From NCBI GenBank assembly GCA_964016885.1, contig OZ024764.1, positions 19,716,001 to 19,780,000 of the forward strand: DNA of 64,000 nucleotides, given 5' to 3'. The notes beneath the pieces were generated by a model. It was not told where the DNA came from. It was given only the letters and a program-made list of their open reading frames with translations, and made no database searches. Source of the stretch: Eledone cirrhosa. Taxonomy: Eukaryota. The position numbers and the translations under genes were made by a program. Below are positions 1 to 10,718 of this stretch, piece after piece. The first letter of the stretch is position 1, and every line of letters starts with the position of its first letter.

Positions 1-140
1 GTATAGAGAGGCCTTAACCTGTCACAGCCGAGCCACCCTGGGTTGTGTCATCTAGGTACCAGACAGGTGTAACTAGACCATGTTGTCAACTGTCACCACC
101 AATAGGAGTGAGGCGAGTGGGTCTCCCTGCGAGACACCAT
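1..140 (-). mobile_element. Fragment of CRE-like non-LTR retrotransposon remnant (paralog of 6480-6620)
   Basis: Near-identical to 6480-6620 and 28577-28718, which lie in the remnant with restriction-like-endonuclease similarity. Confidence 0.5.
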
Positions 141-280
141 ATATAAAAACGTATTTGCTAATTACTTTAATGAATAATTTGTTTCATACGTAATTATTAC
201 TTTTAACACAATAGGATTTTGTACACGGGTTTGTTTGAAAACATCTTTCAAAGAAGTATGAGACAGTCTTTTGCAGTCTT

Positions 281-375
281 CTGGAGTTGCGACCGATAGA
301 TAGTATTAGCAATTGGAAAGACCAATGGAAACATTGTTTCCTCGGTCCGATTTGACTAAAAGTCGATCGTAAAAA
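281..375 (+). mobile_element. 3' part of tRNA-derived SINE (head deleted)
   Basis: Matches 6987-7075 (ctggagttgc...ccgatttgac..aaaagtcgatc); the tRNA-like head is absent in this copy. Confidence 0.65.
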
Positions 376-1169
376 AAAAATATATATTTATATATAGAGA
401 GAGAGATAGAGAAACACAAACGTACACTACTGTAAAACATATGTAAGGGGAGACAACTCTTGTTACATCCCCCCTTCTTTTTGATATACGTGCTTTATAT
501 GTTTTGTACAATGAACTCTGCTTTATTTTGTGTCCTAAGTAGATTTCTGTTTAAGTATTTACGAGATTCACAATGATTCACGGAACCAAGTTACTTACAT
601 TGAGATATATTTCACATAGAATCACAACAAATGAAAATATTAAGTCAAATGAAAATATTAAGTCAACACTCTGTCAATCAGTCTCACATCACATGGGGTG
701 CCTCTAATACTTTCTGAGACAGTCTCACCTCGAGTGATAGCAAGGCTAAGATGTTGGAACTACCAAACACCCTCATATGTATCACCTGACACCTCGGTAA
801 GGAGAGCTGCCAACGATAACAAGAACCTCGTTGTCAAGGACCTATCTCCTCCAAACTTCTCCAACACCACAGACTAGAAAATTCTACTCTTTATTCCCTA
901 TCAAATATATTTCAGTCTAGTCATTTATCTTGTATCTTGTATATGTATTTTCAAAACTAACTGTCACATTTGTGAGACCCCAGTTAGGGATGTTTTTGTC
1001 TCCCTCCCACATCCTACATGCTGTAGTAAAAGTGAGGGTCACTGCTTCTGTAGACGAACGAAATAAAAGTTAAACTACCAGTAATTATCGGCAAAGTATT
1101 TATTCCAGGCTGATGTTTGAGAAGCTGGGCTGCTGACAATGAAGTTGTGGTCACTGTTGGCAGCTGGCT

Positions 1170-1560
1170 TTACCGAAGTACCCGATGACTCTTGTGAGGG
1201 TACTTAGCTGTTTGGGTGGTTTAGCCTCCATATGACATGATTTTACTGAGATACCCGGTGATCTCTGTCAGTGTACTTAGCTGTTCTGGCGGTTTAGCCT
1301 CCACATGACATGATTTTACCGAGATACCCGGTGATCTCTGTCAGTGTACTTAGCTGTTCTGGTAGCTTAGCTTCCTTATAACCAGATCTTACCGAGATAC
1401 CCGATGACTCTTGTGATGGTACTTAGCTGTTCTGGTAGCTTAGCCTCCATATGACCCGATCTTACCGAGATACCCGGTGATCTCTGTCAGGGTACTTAGC
1501 TGTTCTGGCAACTTAGCCTCCATATGACCCGAGATACCCGGTGATCTCTGCCAGGGTACT
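1170..1560. repeat. ~73-bp minisatellite, ~5 copies
   Basis: Repeating ttaccgagatacccggtgatctctgtcagtgtacttagctgttctgg...ttagcctccatatgac. Confidence 0.9.
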
Positions 1561-2014
1561 CGATTGATCCAGTACCCTACTATTTCTACCAACAGGTTAT
1601 ATCGAGGTATCAAGTGATACTCTTTTCAAGTCAAGACCTCCTCTGCTGTCCTCTGTCTTCCAACTGCCCTGTTATTCTACAGACTCACGAAAGTGGACAC
1701 CACCTGAAGGAGAGAGTGGTTGGTGTAGTGGTCATCGCTGGCTATTGTCCGAGTGACACTGGTAAAATACACTACCTAGACTGAGGTAAAACGTCTACCG
1801 TCCATTCCTCACCACCACCACCTTACTTTCTCTATTTTAATTACATTTACTGTTTTCAACTTCATTTTTTATTACAAACTTTACATAATTTAATTCGGTA
1901 AAAATATTTTACGTCACAAAAAAACATTGAAGCATGCGCAGTGGTGCAGTTGTCGACTTCCTGTCCACGTGTTAGTCTTCCTACAACATCATTTAGAAAA
2001 CATTTCTGTAAATA

Positions 2015-2170
2015 CTAAGTACAGACTCAGTATGGGCAGTGATTTTCAGCTCTTTGCACATAAGAAAATGAATTAAATTTTCATCTGACAACGGAGACTT
2101 CCATAAGCTTAGTTTTCTAATGAAGCACTTGATGTCATCATACAACTGAGTGATGGGTTTGTTTTTACCT
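2015..2170 (-). mobile_element. hAT transposase fragment, 3' part, separated from the rest by an RTE insertion
   Basis: Collinear with 27148-27303; continues at ~4663. Confidence 0.85.
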
Positions 2171-4662
2171 TCATCATCATCATCATCATCATCGTTTAAC
2201 GTCCGTGTTCCATGCTTGCATGGGTTTGGACGGGAGTTTTCCCACTTGAGGCAAGAGTGGTTGTCTTGCTCGCATAGGACTGTCTGGCGGGTTTTCTACA
2301 GTTGGATGCCCTTCCTAACACCAACCACATTTACAGTGTGGGGCTGCGAGGTTTTTACTGTGTTGCCTACACGGCCACATTACAGCGTGGACTGTCTGGC
2401 AGGTTTTCTACAGCTGGATGCCCTTCCTAACACCAACCACATTTACAGTGTGGGACTGGGACGTTTTTACCGTGTTGCCTACACGGTCACATTACAGCGT
2501 GGACTGTGTTTTTTTTTCGTGACACCTACACGATCTCATTTGTTTCGGCCTGGATTTTGTGGCGCCAACATAACTTTACATTGAAAGGGGCGGTGTGGAT
2601 GGGGTGGGGGTGGTGGGACGGCGTGTATTTTGTTAGAGATGCCTACTGACTGTAGTAGGTTTTACTTTGTATTTAGGTAACGCGGGTCTTCTCTGTTACT
2701 GAGTACCGCCAAAGGTCTCGGTCCAGTGACATTGTCTTGGAGAGGTGTAAGTGTGTGAGGTCGGAATTTATCAGCTCGTCCCAGGTTTTTCTGGGTCTGC
2801 CTACTCCGTGGCTACCATCTATCTTTATTGCCCTGCACTTTGTTATACAGCTGTCGTCTTTCATGCGCATCACGTGACTATACCAACGTAGCCTTCTCTC
2901 GAGTAAACAACATCTGATCCCTCTTATTTCTAATTTTTTCCTTAGTTCGTTTATGCTTTGCCGTTCGCGTATATTACTATTACACATCCAGCGGAGCATG
3001 CAAGCTTCGTTCCTCTCTAGTCTGCGTATATCCTCTGCACACAATGCCCAGGTGTCACTGCCATGCAACATTGCTGTTCGTATGCAGGCATCATACAACC
3101 TGCCTTTCACTTTTAGGGAGAACCCTTTAGCGGCTAATAGTGGTATAAGCTCTCTGAACTTTTTCCATCCAGTTCTGACTCTAGCTACTGTACTTTCGGA
3201 GCACCCTCCCCCACTGCTGATTTTGTCACCCAGGTAACGGAAGCTGTCCACTATTTCTATAGAACCCTCTGCGCAGTTGAAATAGCTAGTATTTGTGGGC
3301 ACTTGCTGCTACTTATTGCACCAGAGCACCGGCCACATGTAAAATCTGTGTTCTTAGCTTAGATCCCACTACATCTTTTATGCACCCATACTTTGCATTT
3401 GGGACATAAAATGGAGTTTCTACCTACGCCTTTCCTACACACTGAGCATGGCCATTTCCCGGAAGGGACCAGTGCCTTATTTTCTTTCCTACAAACTAGA
3501 ACTTTAGTCTTAGCCATGTTAATTTTAAGGCCTTTTGATTCTAGGCCGTGCTTCCATGTTTGGAATTTCTTCTCTAGCTCGGCCATTGATTCAGCTATGA
3601 GCGTTAGGTCATCTGCGTATAGGAGTTCCCATGGGCAGCCGGTCTTGAACTCCTCTGTTATAGCCTGAAGAGCAATAATGAATAGTAGGGGGCTAAGAAC
3701 AGAGCCCTGATGGACACCAACTTTTACGCTAAACTCTTCACTATATTCGTTGTTAATTCTAACCTTGCTCACTGTTTCTTTATACATGGCTTGTATAGCT
3801 CTCACAAGCCATTCGTCAACACCTAGTTTTCTAAGAGCCCACCAGATAATGGAACGGGGGACTCTGTCGAAGGCTTTCTCCAAGTCGACAAAGGCTAAGT
3901 ATAGGGGTTTACTTTTAGCTAGGTACTTCTCCTGTAGTTGTCGTACAATGAAAAGAGCATCTGTGGTACTTTTGCCTGACACAAACCCGAACTGCATTTC
4001 ATCTAGATCGATTCCCTCTCTGATTAGTTGCACTATTACTTTTTCCGTGACCTTCATGACCTGGTCGATTAATTTAATCCCTCTATAGTTACTCCTATCT
4101 AGGGCGTCTCCTTTACCCTTGTAACAGTTAATGATGATGCTGCTACGCCAGTCCTTCGGAACAACCCCATTCTGTATGACTTGGTTTACTATCCGGGTGA
4201 CCATGGTGTGTCCCACCGTTCCAGAGGCCTTCAGCATCTCAGCGACTATTTCCGAAGGCCCAGCCGCCTTACCCGTCTTCATATCTTTGATCGCCTTACT
4301 TATTATACTACTTTCAACTAACACTGCTGGTCCCTCTATTGGGTCGATCTGGGGGAGACTATCCTTCTCCCATTTATTCTCCTCATTTAGTAGCCTCTCG
4401 TAGTGACACTTCCAAGCGACCTTCTTATCAGCGTCAGTGATGGCGAGTACGCCATCATCATTTAGTACACACTTCTCCCCAACAATATCACGGTTTTCCT
4501 TGACACATTGCCTAGCAATCCTGAACACCTCACGTTTTTGGTCCTCGCGTTGTAGAACATGCTTGAACTTTCTTTCCTCTGCTTCCCTTCTTGCAAAGTA
4601 CACTTGTCTCCTAGCTTCCCTCCTGGCCACTTGATAGTCTTCTCTACTTCCCCCATCCCGCC
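2171..4662 (-). mobile_element. RTE-clade LINE, family A, 5'-truncated
   Basis: Minus-strand RT (FVDLEKAFD, GVHQGSVLSP, LLYADD) and RTE C-terminus (RLRWYSHVMR, GRPRKTW); ~500-bp 3'UTR; (GAT)n tail seen as (TCA)n at 2171-2192; uninterrupted site at ~27300. Confidence 0.95.
2673..4630 (-). pseudogene. RTE-A reverse transcriptase ORF, broken into 3359-4630 and 2673-3302
   Basis: ORF track shows the RT domain then a stop inside the Cys-rich finger; no endonuclease domain because of 5' truncation. Confidence 0.9.
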
Positions 4663-6060
4663 ATATTTCAAATTAAGATCAGTTAATTGTGCAGTAATAT
4701 CCACAAATAAAGCCAGATGTTGGAGCCAACTTTCATCTTTTATTTCACCTGTGTTTTGACCTTTCATCTCCAAAAACATAATTATTTCAACAAGTAGAAT
4801 TTTTTCAGCACTTTGTGACATGTCAACCAGCAGACTTCTGTGTAGAATGGAACATCGGTGAACTGATTATCCATTTCTTCCAACAACTGGCTGAACTGAC
4901 GGTGGTTGAGAGCATGGCCTCTGATTTAGTTCACTGTCTTTGTGACCAAGCTAAGCACATGATGCAATTTTAAAATTTTTGAACATAAATTTTGCTGATG
5001 AATAATGCAGTGAAAATGTGCAAATGATGAATCTAGATATGAGTTTTCTATTTTTGTTTGTAACTTGGCAGCAACACCATTATGTCTACCAACCATATTT
5101 GCAGCACTGTCAGTAGATAAACATGCAAGTTTACTCAGATCAAAACCATGCAGACCCTGCTTGACCTTCTCAAAGATGTTGTGGCTTGTTATAGTGTCAT
5201 GCATGGGGACCAGTTCAATCAGTTCTTCATAAATATTAAATTCACAGTCACAGGCCCTGATGAAGAATGCAAGCTGTACTATTCCAGTGATGTCAACAGT
5301 CTCTTCAATAGCAATAGAAACATGTTAAAACCTTGATGATACAGCCTTTAACTGTTGTTTCAGATCACCTGACATTTCATTAATCTGTTCAGCAACAGTG
5401 TTCCTGGTTAATGAAATGTCTTTGAATAACTCTGCTTTCTCTGGACAATTTCAGCTGTTTTTACAAGACATTACTTTACAAAATCTCCTTCACTGTAAGA
5501 TTTCCCACTCATGGCAATCATTCGACTGAGTTCATAGCTTGCAGTAACAGAAGTGACATTCTCTTCCTGAATTAACATAAAACAGGTCTGTTGCTGTGTC
5601 AAGTTAGACTTCAATTCCTTGAGTCTTGAAACACACATTGGGCCTTCATATTTATCGTAAGATTGATGGTTTGTTTCATAATGTCTTTTTAAATTGTACT
5701 CTTTTGGCGTGGAGATGTAGTTGTTGCAAATTAAACAGTGTATCTTTCTGTTCACCATTGGGCAAAAATACTGTAATTCCCACTTTTCTTGAAACACTTG
5801 CCCTTCTTCGTTCAATTTCCTTTTTCTCTTAGCTGGAGGAGCACTAACCATTTCAAAAACAAAAACTTTTGAAATTTTGAAAGAAAGTTTTCTGTTAATG
5901 AACTGCACGTGATTAATGGAAGTTAAAAGTCGTTGACAAAATTTGCACAAAAAAAATAATTGTATCGAAAATGTTTTAAATTTTATATTACGAAAATGAA
6001 ACATGCTCGCACTGTGGGCCGCAGGTTTGCTTGACAAGGGCCGCATGTTTGACATGTCTG
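4663..6060 (-). mobile_element. hAT (SPIN/Charlie, GTF2IRD2-like) DNA transposon remnant
   Basis: BED-like N-terminus (FQEKWELQYF...CLIC...KEYNLKRHYETNH); STDSAANMVG and HCIIHQQNLC hAT motifs; terminus gggccgcatgtttgacatgtctg at 6038-6060; many stops and frameshifts. Confidence 0.9.
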
Positions 6061-6227
6061 ATGTAGGTTACCAACACTAGGCAGGGCAGCATGTCCATCA
6101 GTGTCTTCTGCTACATTAACTACCAGGAGGTCACCACATGAGTCAAAGACTACATTTCAAAGAAGGGTCATAAAAGAACTAAATACAAAAGTCCTCGCAG
6201 CAAAAAACAAATAATTGAGCTTTGGGT

Positions 6228-6620
6228 CTAGGTCAAGGGGCAGAAGTGCTGTACCCTGTGGATAAGACTGCAAAAGTATTCGCCCCGGACAGTGACACCC
6301 ACTGCAATAGCCACCCCAACCCCATGGGGCTCCCTCTTCAGAAGGGCCACCAATGTTCTGATCTTACAGAGGAGCTTGGCAGTACGGGGTCCAAGTACAT
6401 CTGAGGTCTCGATGGTGACCGGTGTGAAGAGACCTACAATTGATGTCATCCCAGTTATGTTGGACTGTAATATACTGGGGTATAGAGATGCCTTAACCTG
6501 TCTCAGCCGGGCCACCCAGGGTTGTGTCATCTAGGTACTAGACAGGGGTGACTAGACCATGTTGTCAACTGTCAGCACCAATAGGAGTGAGGCGAGTGGG
6601 TCCCCTTGCTAGACACCATA
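6228..6620 (-). mobile_element. Degenerate CRE-like non-LTR retrotransposon endonuclease remnant
   Basis: LFTPVTIETSDVLGP resembles IFQPVAFETFGGVGP in the better preserved element at 62634-63152. Confidence 0.55.
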
Positions 6621-6861
6621 TATAAAACGTATTTGCTAATTACTTTAATGAATAATTTGTTTCATACGTAATTATTACTTTTAACACAATAGGATTTTGT
6701 ACACGTGTTTGTCTCATACTTCTTTGAAAGATGTTTTCAAACAGTCTTTTGTAGTGTTTATTATAATAAATTACTGTATGTTGAGCTGTTTTAACTTCTC
6801 CACCTTCTATTATTTCATATTGTTTTTGTAAAAAAACGAGATCTTTTTCATATATATATAT

Positions 6862-7075
6862 GAAGGCGTGTGGCTGAGTGGTTAGAGAATTGGATTCGGA
6901 ATTGTGAGGTTGTGAGTTCGATTCTCAGACTGGGCGGTGCATTATGTCCTTGAGCAAGACATTTTATTTCACGTTGCTCCTTCTACCTGGAGTTGCAACC
7001 GATATAGTATTAGCAATTGGAAAGACCAATGGAAACATTGTTTCCTCGGTCCGATTTGACGAAAAGTTGATCATA
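6862..7075 (+). mobile_element. tRNA-derived SINE
   Basis: A box (tggctgagtgg) and B box (gagttcgattc), CORE-like gtccttgagcaagacat segment, A/TA-rich end; paralogs at 28958 and, inverted, at 46730. Confidence 0.8.
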
Positions 7076-7850
7076 AAAAATATATAGAGAGAGAGAGAAA
7101 CACACAAACATACACTACTGTATTACATATGTAAGGGGAGATAACTCTCGTTACATCCCCCCTTCTTTTTGATGTACGTACTTTAAATACTTTGTTCAAT
7201 GGAATCTGCTTTATTTTGTGTCCTAAGTCGATTTCTGTTTAAGTATTTACGAGATTCACAATGATTCACGTAACCAAGTTACTTACATAGAGACATATTT
7301 CACATAGAATCACAACAAATGAAAATATTAAGTCAACACTCTGTCAATCAGTCTCACATCACATGGGGTGCTGGAGTCTCCCTCTAATACTTTCTGAGAC
7401 AGTCTTACCTCGAGTGATAGCAAGGCTAAGATGTTGGAACTACCAAACACCCTCATATGTATCACCTGACACCTCGGTAAGGAGAGCTGCCAACGATAAC
7501 AAGAACCTCGTTGTCAGGGACCTATCTCCTCCAAACTTCTCCAACACCACAGACTAGAATATTCTACTCTTTATTCCCTATCAAATATATTTCAGTCTAG
7601 TCATTTATCTTGTATGTTGTATATATATTTTCAAAACTAACTGTCACATTTGTGAGACCCCAGTTAGTGATGTTTTCGTCTCCCTCCCACATCCTACATG
7701 CTGTAGTAAAAGTGAGGGTCACTGCTTCTGTAGACGAACGAAATAAAAGTTAAACTACCAGTAATTATCGGCAAAGTATTTATTCCAGTCTGTGATGTTT
7801 GAGAAGCTGGGCTGCTGACAACGAAGTTGTTATCACTGTTGGCGGCTGGC

Positions 7851-8010
7851 TTTACCGAAGTACCCGATGACTCTTGTGAGGGTACTTAGCTGTTCTGGCG
7901 GTTTAGCCACCACATGACCCGATCTTACCGAAGTACCCGGTGATCTCTGTCAGCGTACTTAGCTGTTCTGGCGGTTTAGCCCCCATATGACCCTATCTTA
8001 CCGACATATC
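7851..8010. repeat. ~73-bp minisatellite, ~2 copies
   Basis: Same unit as 1170-1560. Confidence 0.85.
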
Positions 8011-8573
8011 CAGCACCCTACTATTTCTACCAACAGGTTATATAGAGGTATCAAGTCATACTCTTTTCTAGTCAAGACCTCCTCTGCTGTCCTCTGTCTT
8101 CCAACTGCCCTGTTATTCTACAGACTCACGAAAGTGGACACCACCTGAAGGAGAGAGTGGTTGGTGTAGTGGTCATCACTGGCTATTGTCCGAGTGACAC
8201 AGGTAAAATACACTACCTAGACTGAGGTGAAACGTCTACCGTCCATTCTTCACCACCAACACCTTACTTTCTCTATTTTAATTACATTTACTGTTTTCAA
8301 CTTCATTTTTTTATTACAAACTTTACAGAATTTAATTCGGTAAAAATATTTTTCCGTCCCAAAAAAACATTGAAGCATGCGCAGTGGTGCAGTTGTCGAC
8401 TTCCTGTCCACGTGTTAGTCTTCCTACAACATCATTTAGACAACATTTCTGTAAATACTAAACACCTGAGACTATAATGTAAGTATTATGTCTATTAATA
8501 TTGTAGATTTAAGCTCACTTTTCACATCACAAATATATATTTTCTTCGCTCAACCTTAAGTCTCACGTCAGAT

Positions 8574-9218
8574 ATGAAATTTATCTTCATTTTCGATTCA
8601 TTAAAAACTATTGTTTATCTGAATACAAAACTGGTTGGACGAATACGGGCTGGCACTACGTTAGTTGATGTTTTGGATGTAAATGACATCGTTACTGAGA
8701 ATATTACACTTGTTACTCTTATACCTGTCATACACGATGACAATCTATGTTACAGTGGCTGGTAAGACGGCAGTGACAGTGTCAATTGTCCTGTTTGTAA
8801 TGAAACCTGCACATTAAACCATTATTCTGAGGCTCACAAGAAATGGAGATGGCGATGTAACCCCGACAATGTCTCCCAAGCAGTGCGACATAATTGTTTT
8901 TTTCAAGGAAGCCATGTGCCACTCGATCACCTTATTTTTATTTTATACATGTGGTGCTACAATTATACACAAGCTGAGATGATTCGAGAAACGGGAGTCT
9001 CCCAACCGACAATTATTGACTGGTGCAATTTTATTCGAGAAATTTGCGAGCAATATTTGGAGGAAAATCGCCAACAACTTGGAGGTTTCGATGACAATGG
9101 TGAGTCCATCATTGTCGGGATCGACGAGAGCCAACATGGTACCAGAGCTGCTTTATTTCAATCTTATATTGCAGTCTTTGGCGACAGAGAGTTGGTGCCA
9201 ACAAGTTTGGCGAGATGA
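8574..9218 (+). pseudogene. Merlin / IS1595 (ISXO2-like) DDE transposase remnant
   Basis: CPVC...WRWRC zinc-ribbon-like part, FFQGSHVPL, TIIDWCNFIREIC and LGG...IVGIDES (first catalytic D of ISXO2-like transposases); the rest of the DDE domain is largely deleted. Confidence 0.8.
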
Positions 9219-9364
9219 TAAACTGCATTGAAGCAATTGATATGGTGTTTCATTACTGGAAATATAAAATGATATGGTAATTATCTATATTTTACCTCAC
9301 ACCTTAGGGGTTAACTACACACTTTGAGGCAAGCCAACACACTGGCAGCAATACCACGGGTGAT

Positions 9365-9712
9365 GGTGAGGCTAAGGTGCTTAAATAACCAGGTACCCTC
9401 ACGGGTATCACCTAACACCTCGGTAAGGTGAGGCTTAGGTGCTGAAATAACGAGGTACCCTCACGGGTATCACCTAATACCTCATTAAGGTGAGGCTAAG
9501 GTGCTGAGATCACCAGGTACCCTCACGGGTATAACCTGACACCTCAGTAAGGTGAGGCTAAGGTGTTGAAATAACCAGGTACCCTCACGGGTATCACCTG
9601 ACACCTCGGTAAGGTGAGGCTAAGGGGCTGAAATAACCAGGTACACTCAAGGGTATCACCTAACACCTCGGTAAGGTGATTCTAAGGGGCTGAAATAACC
9701 AGGTACCCTCAC
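9365..9712. repeat. 62-bp minisatellite, ~5.5 copies
   Basis: Repeating aggtgaggctaaggtgctgaaataaccaggtaccctcacgggtatcacctgacacctc(g/a)gta. Confidence 0.92.
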
Positions 9713-10068
9713 GGAAACGACTAGATTTGTAGAAAAAGTAGGGTGAAAGTATACGAAGAGATGTAGTTTCACAGATCTACTCACACCTCACGTTGGGTGG
9801 GAAATAATTATTTTTCTTAGATTTTTTTCTAGACCCCTTTTCAATATTTTCTCTGAACCCCTTAGATACTTGCAATAGACGTTTTATTCCCCAGTATTAG
9901 GGTTAGGGTTTCCGTTTTCAGGAAGAAAAGTCGATTGCAAACATCTAAGAGGTCGAAAAAATAATAAGGAAAGATAATTATTTCCCAGCCAACTGGAGAA
10001 GTGTGTAGCTCTTCTAAACTCTGATAATCCTGTCTCCCACTTCTTTATCTATAAATCTAGTCGTTTCC
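9713..10068. mobile_element. Foldback MITE with GGAAACGACTAGATTT TIRs
   Basis: Starts ggaaacgactagatttgtag and ends ctataaatctagtcgtttcc; nested internal inverted segments; no TSD visible. Confidence 0.8.
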
Positions 10069-10189
10069 TGCTACTTTGAAGGCCCTATTTATTGATAACA
10101 CCACTTGTAAATCTTTGTCAACTTTTCATACGTAAATTGTGAATCAGTTATTTTTAAACAAACTATCGAAGAAGTGATCTCACAGTAAC

Positions 10190-10410
10190 TGTGTTTGATT
10201 TAATCAAATTATTCCCCCCCAAACATTGTCGACCTTGTGTCTAAATCAGAAACTATTATAAGATCTTAAATCAACCCCGTAAAGATGAAGGGCAAAGCTA
10301 ACCTCGGCGGGATTTCAACCCTTTATGTTATGAGTTCAAATCCCACCAAAGTTAATTTTGTCTTTCATTCTAACGGAGTGGATAAATTAAAGTTCCAGTA
10401 ATCTACTGGA
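10190..10410. mobile_element. Back-to-back fragments of a second SINE family
   Basis: gagttcaaatccc B-box-like start followed by ttttgtctttcat...gataaattaaag on +, with its reverse complement immediately upstream; paralog at ~32030-32255. Confidence 0.6.
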
Positions 10411-10576
10411 GTCTGAGATATTAAGGTTTGAGTAGATTCTATCTTTTTGTGTTTGTATTTATAATCTTACTAGAAACCCTGTGACCTGTTGCGTCACGTT
10501 CCCTTTAAAAATAATATTTAATTAATTAAAATGTACACAGACATGTATATAATGTAAAATGAAATTAGTAGGCCCA

Positions 10577-10631
10577 TGTATATATATATATATATTATAT
10601 ATATATATATGCGTGTGTGTATATATATATA

Positions 10632-10715
<84 letters not shown>
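10577..10715. repeat. (TA)n/(TG)n compound microsatellite
   Basis: Directly visible dinucleotide runs. Confidence 0.97.

Positions 10716-10718
<3 letters not shown>

Noticed and set aside
6862-6935. tRNA gene
   Set aside because: A and B boxes are present, but no convincing cloverleaf was found and it continues into a SINE body.
7363-7557. 64-aa ORF repeated at 29462 and 47255
   Set aside because: Overlaps a degenerate 62-bp repeat and is frameshifted in the copy at ~694.
9897-9910. Interstitial telomere (TTAGGG)2
   Set aside because: Only two hexamers, internal to a MITE in every copy.
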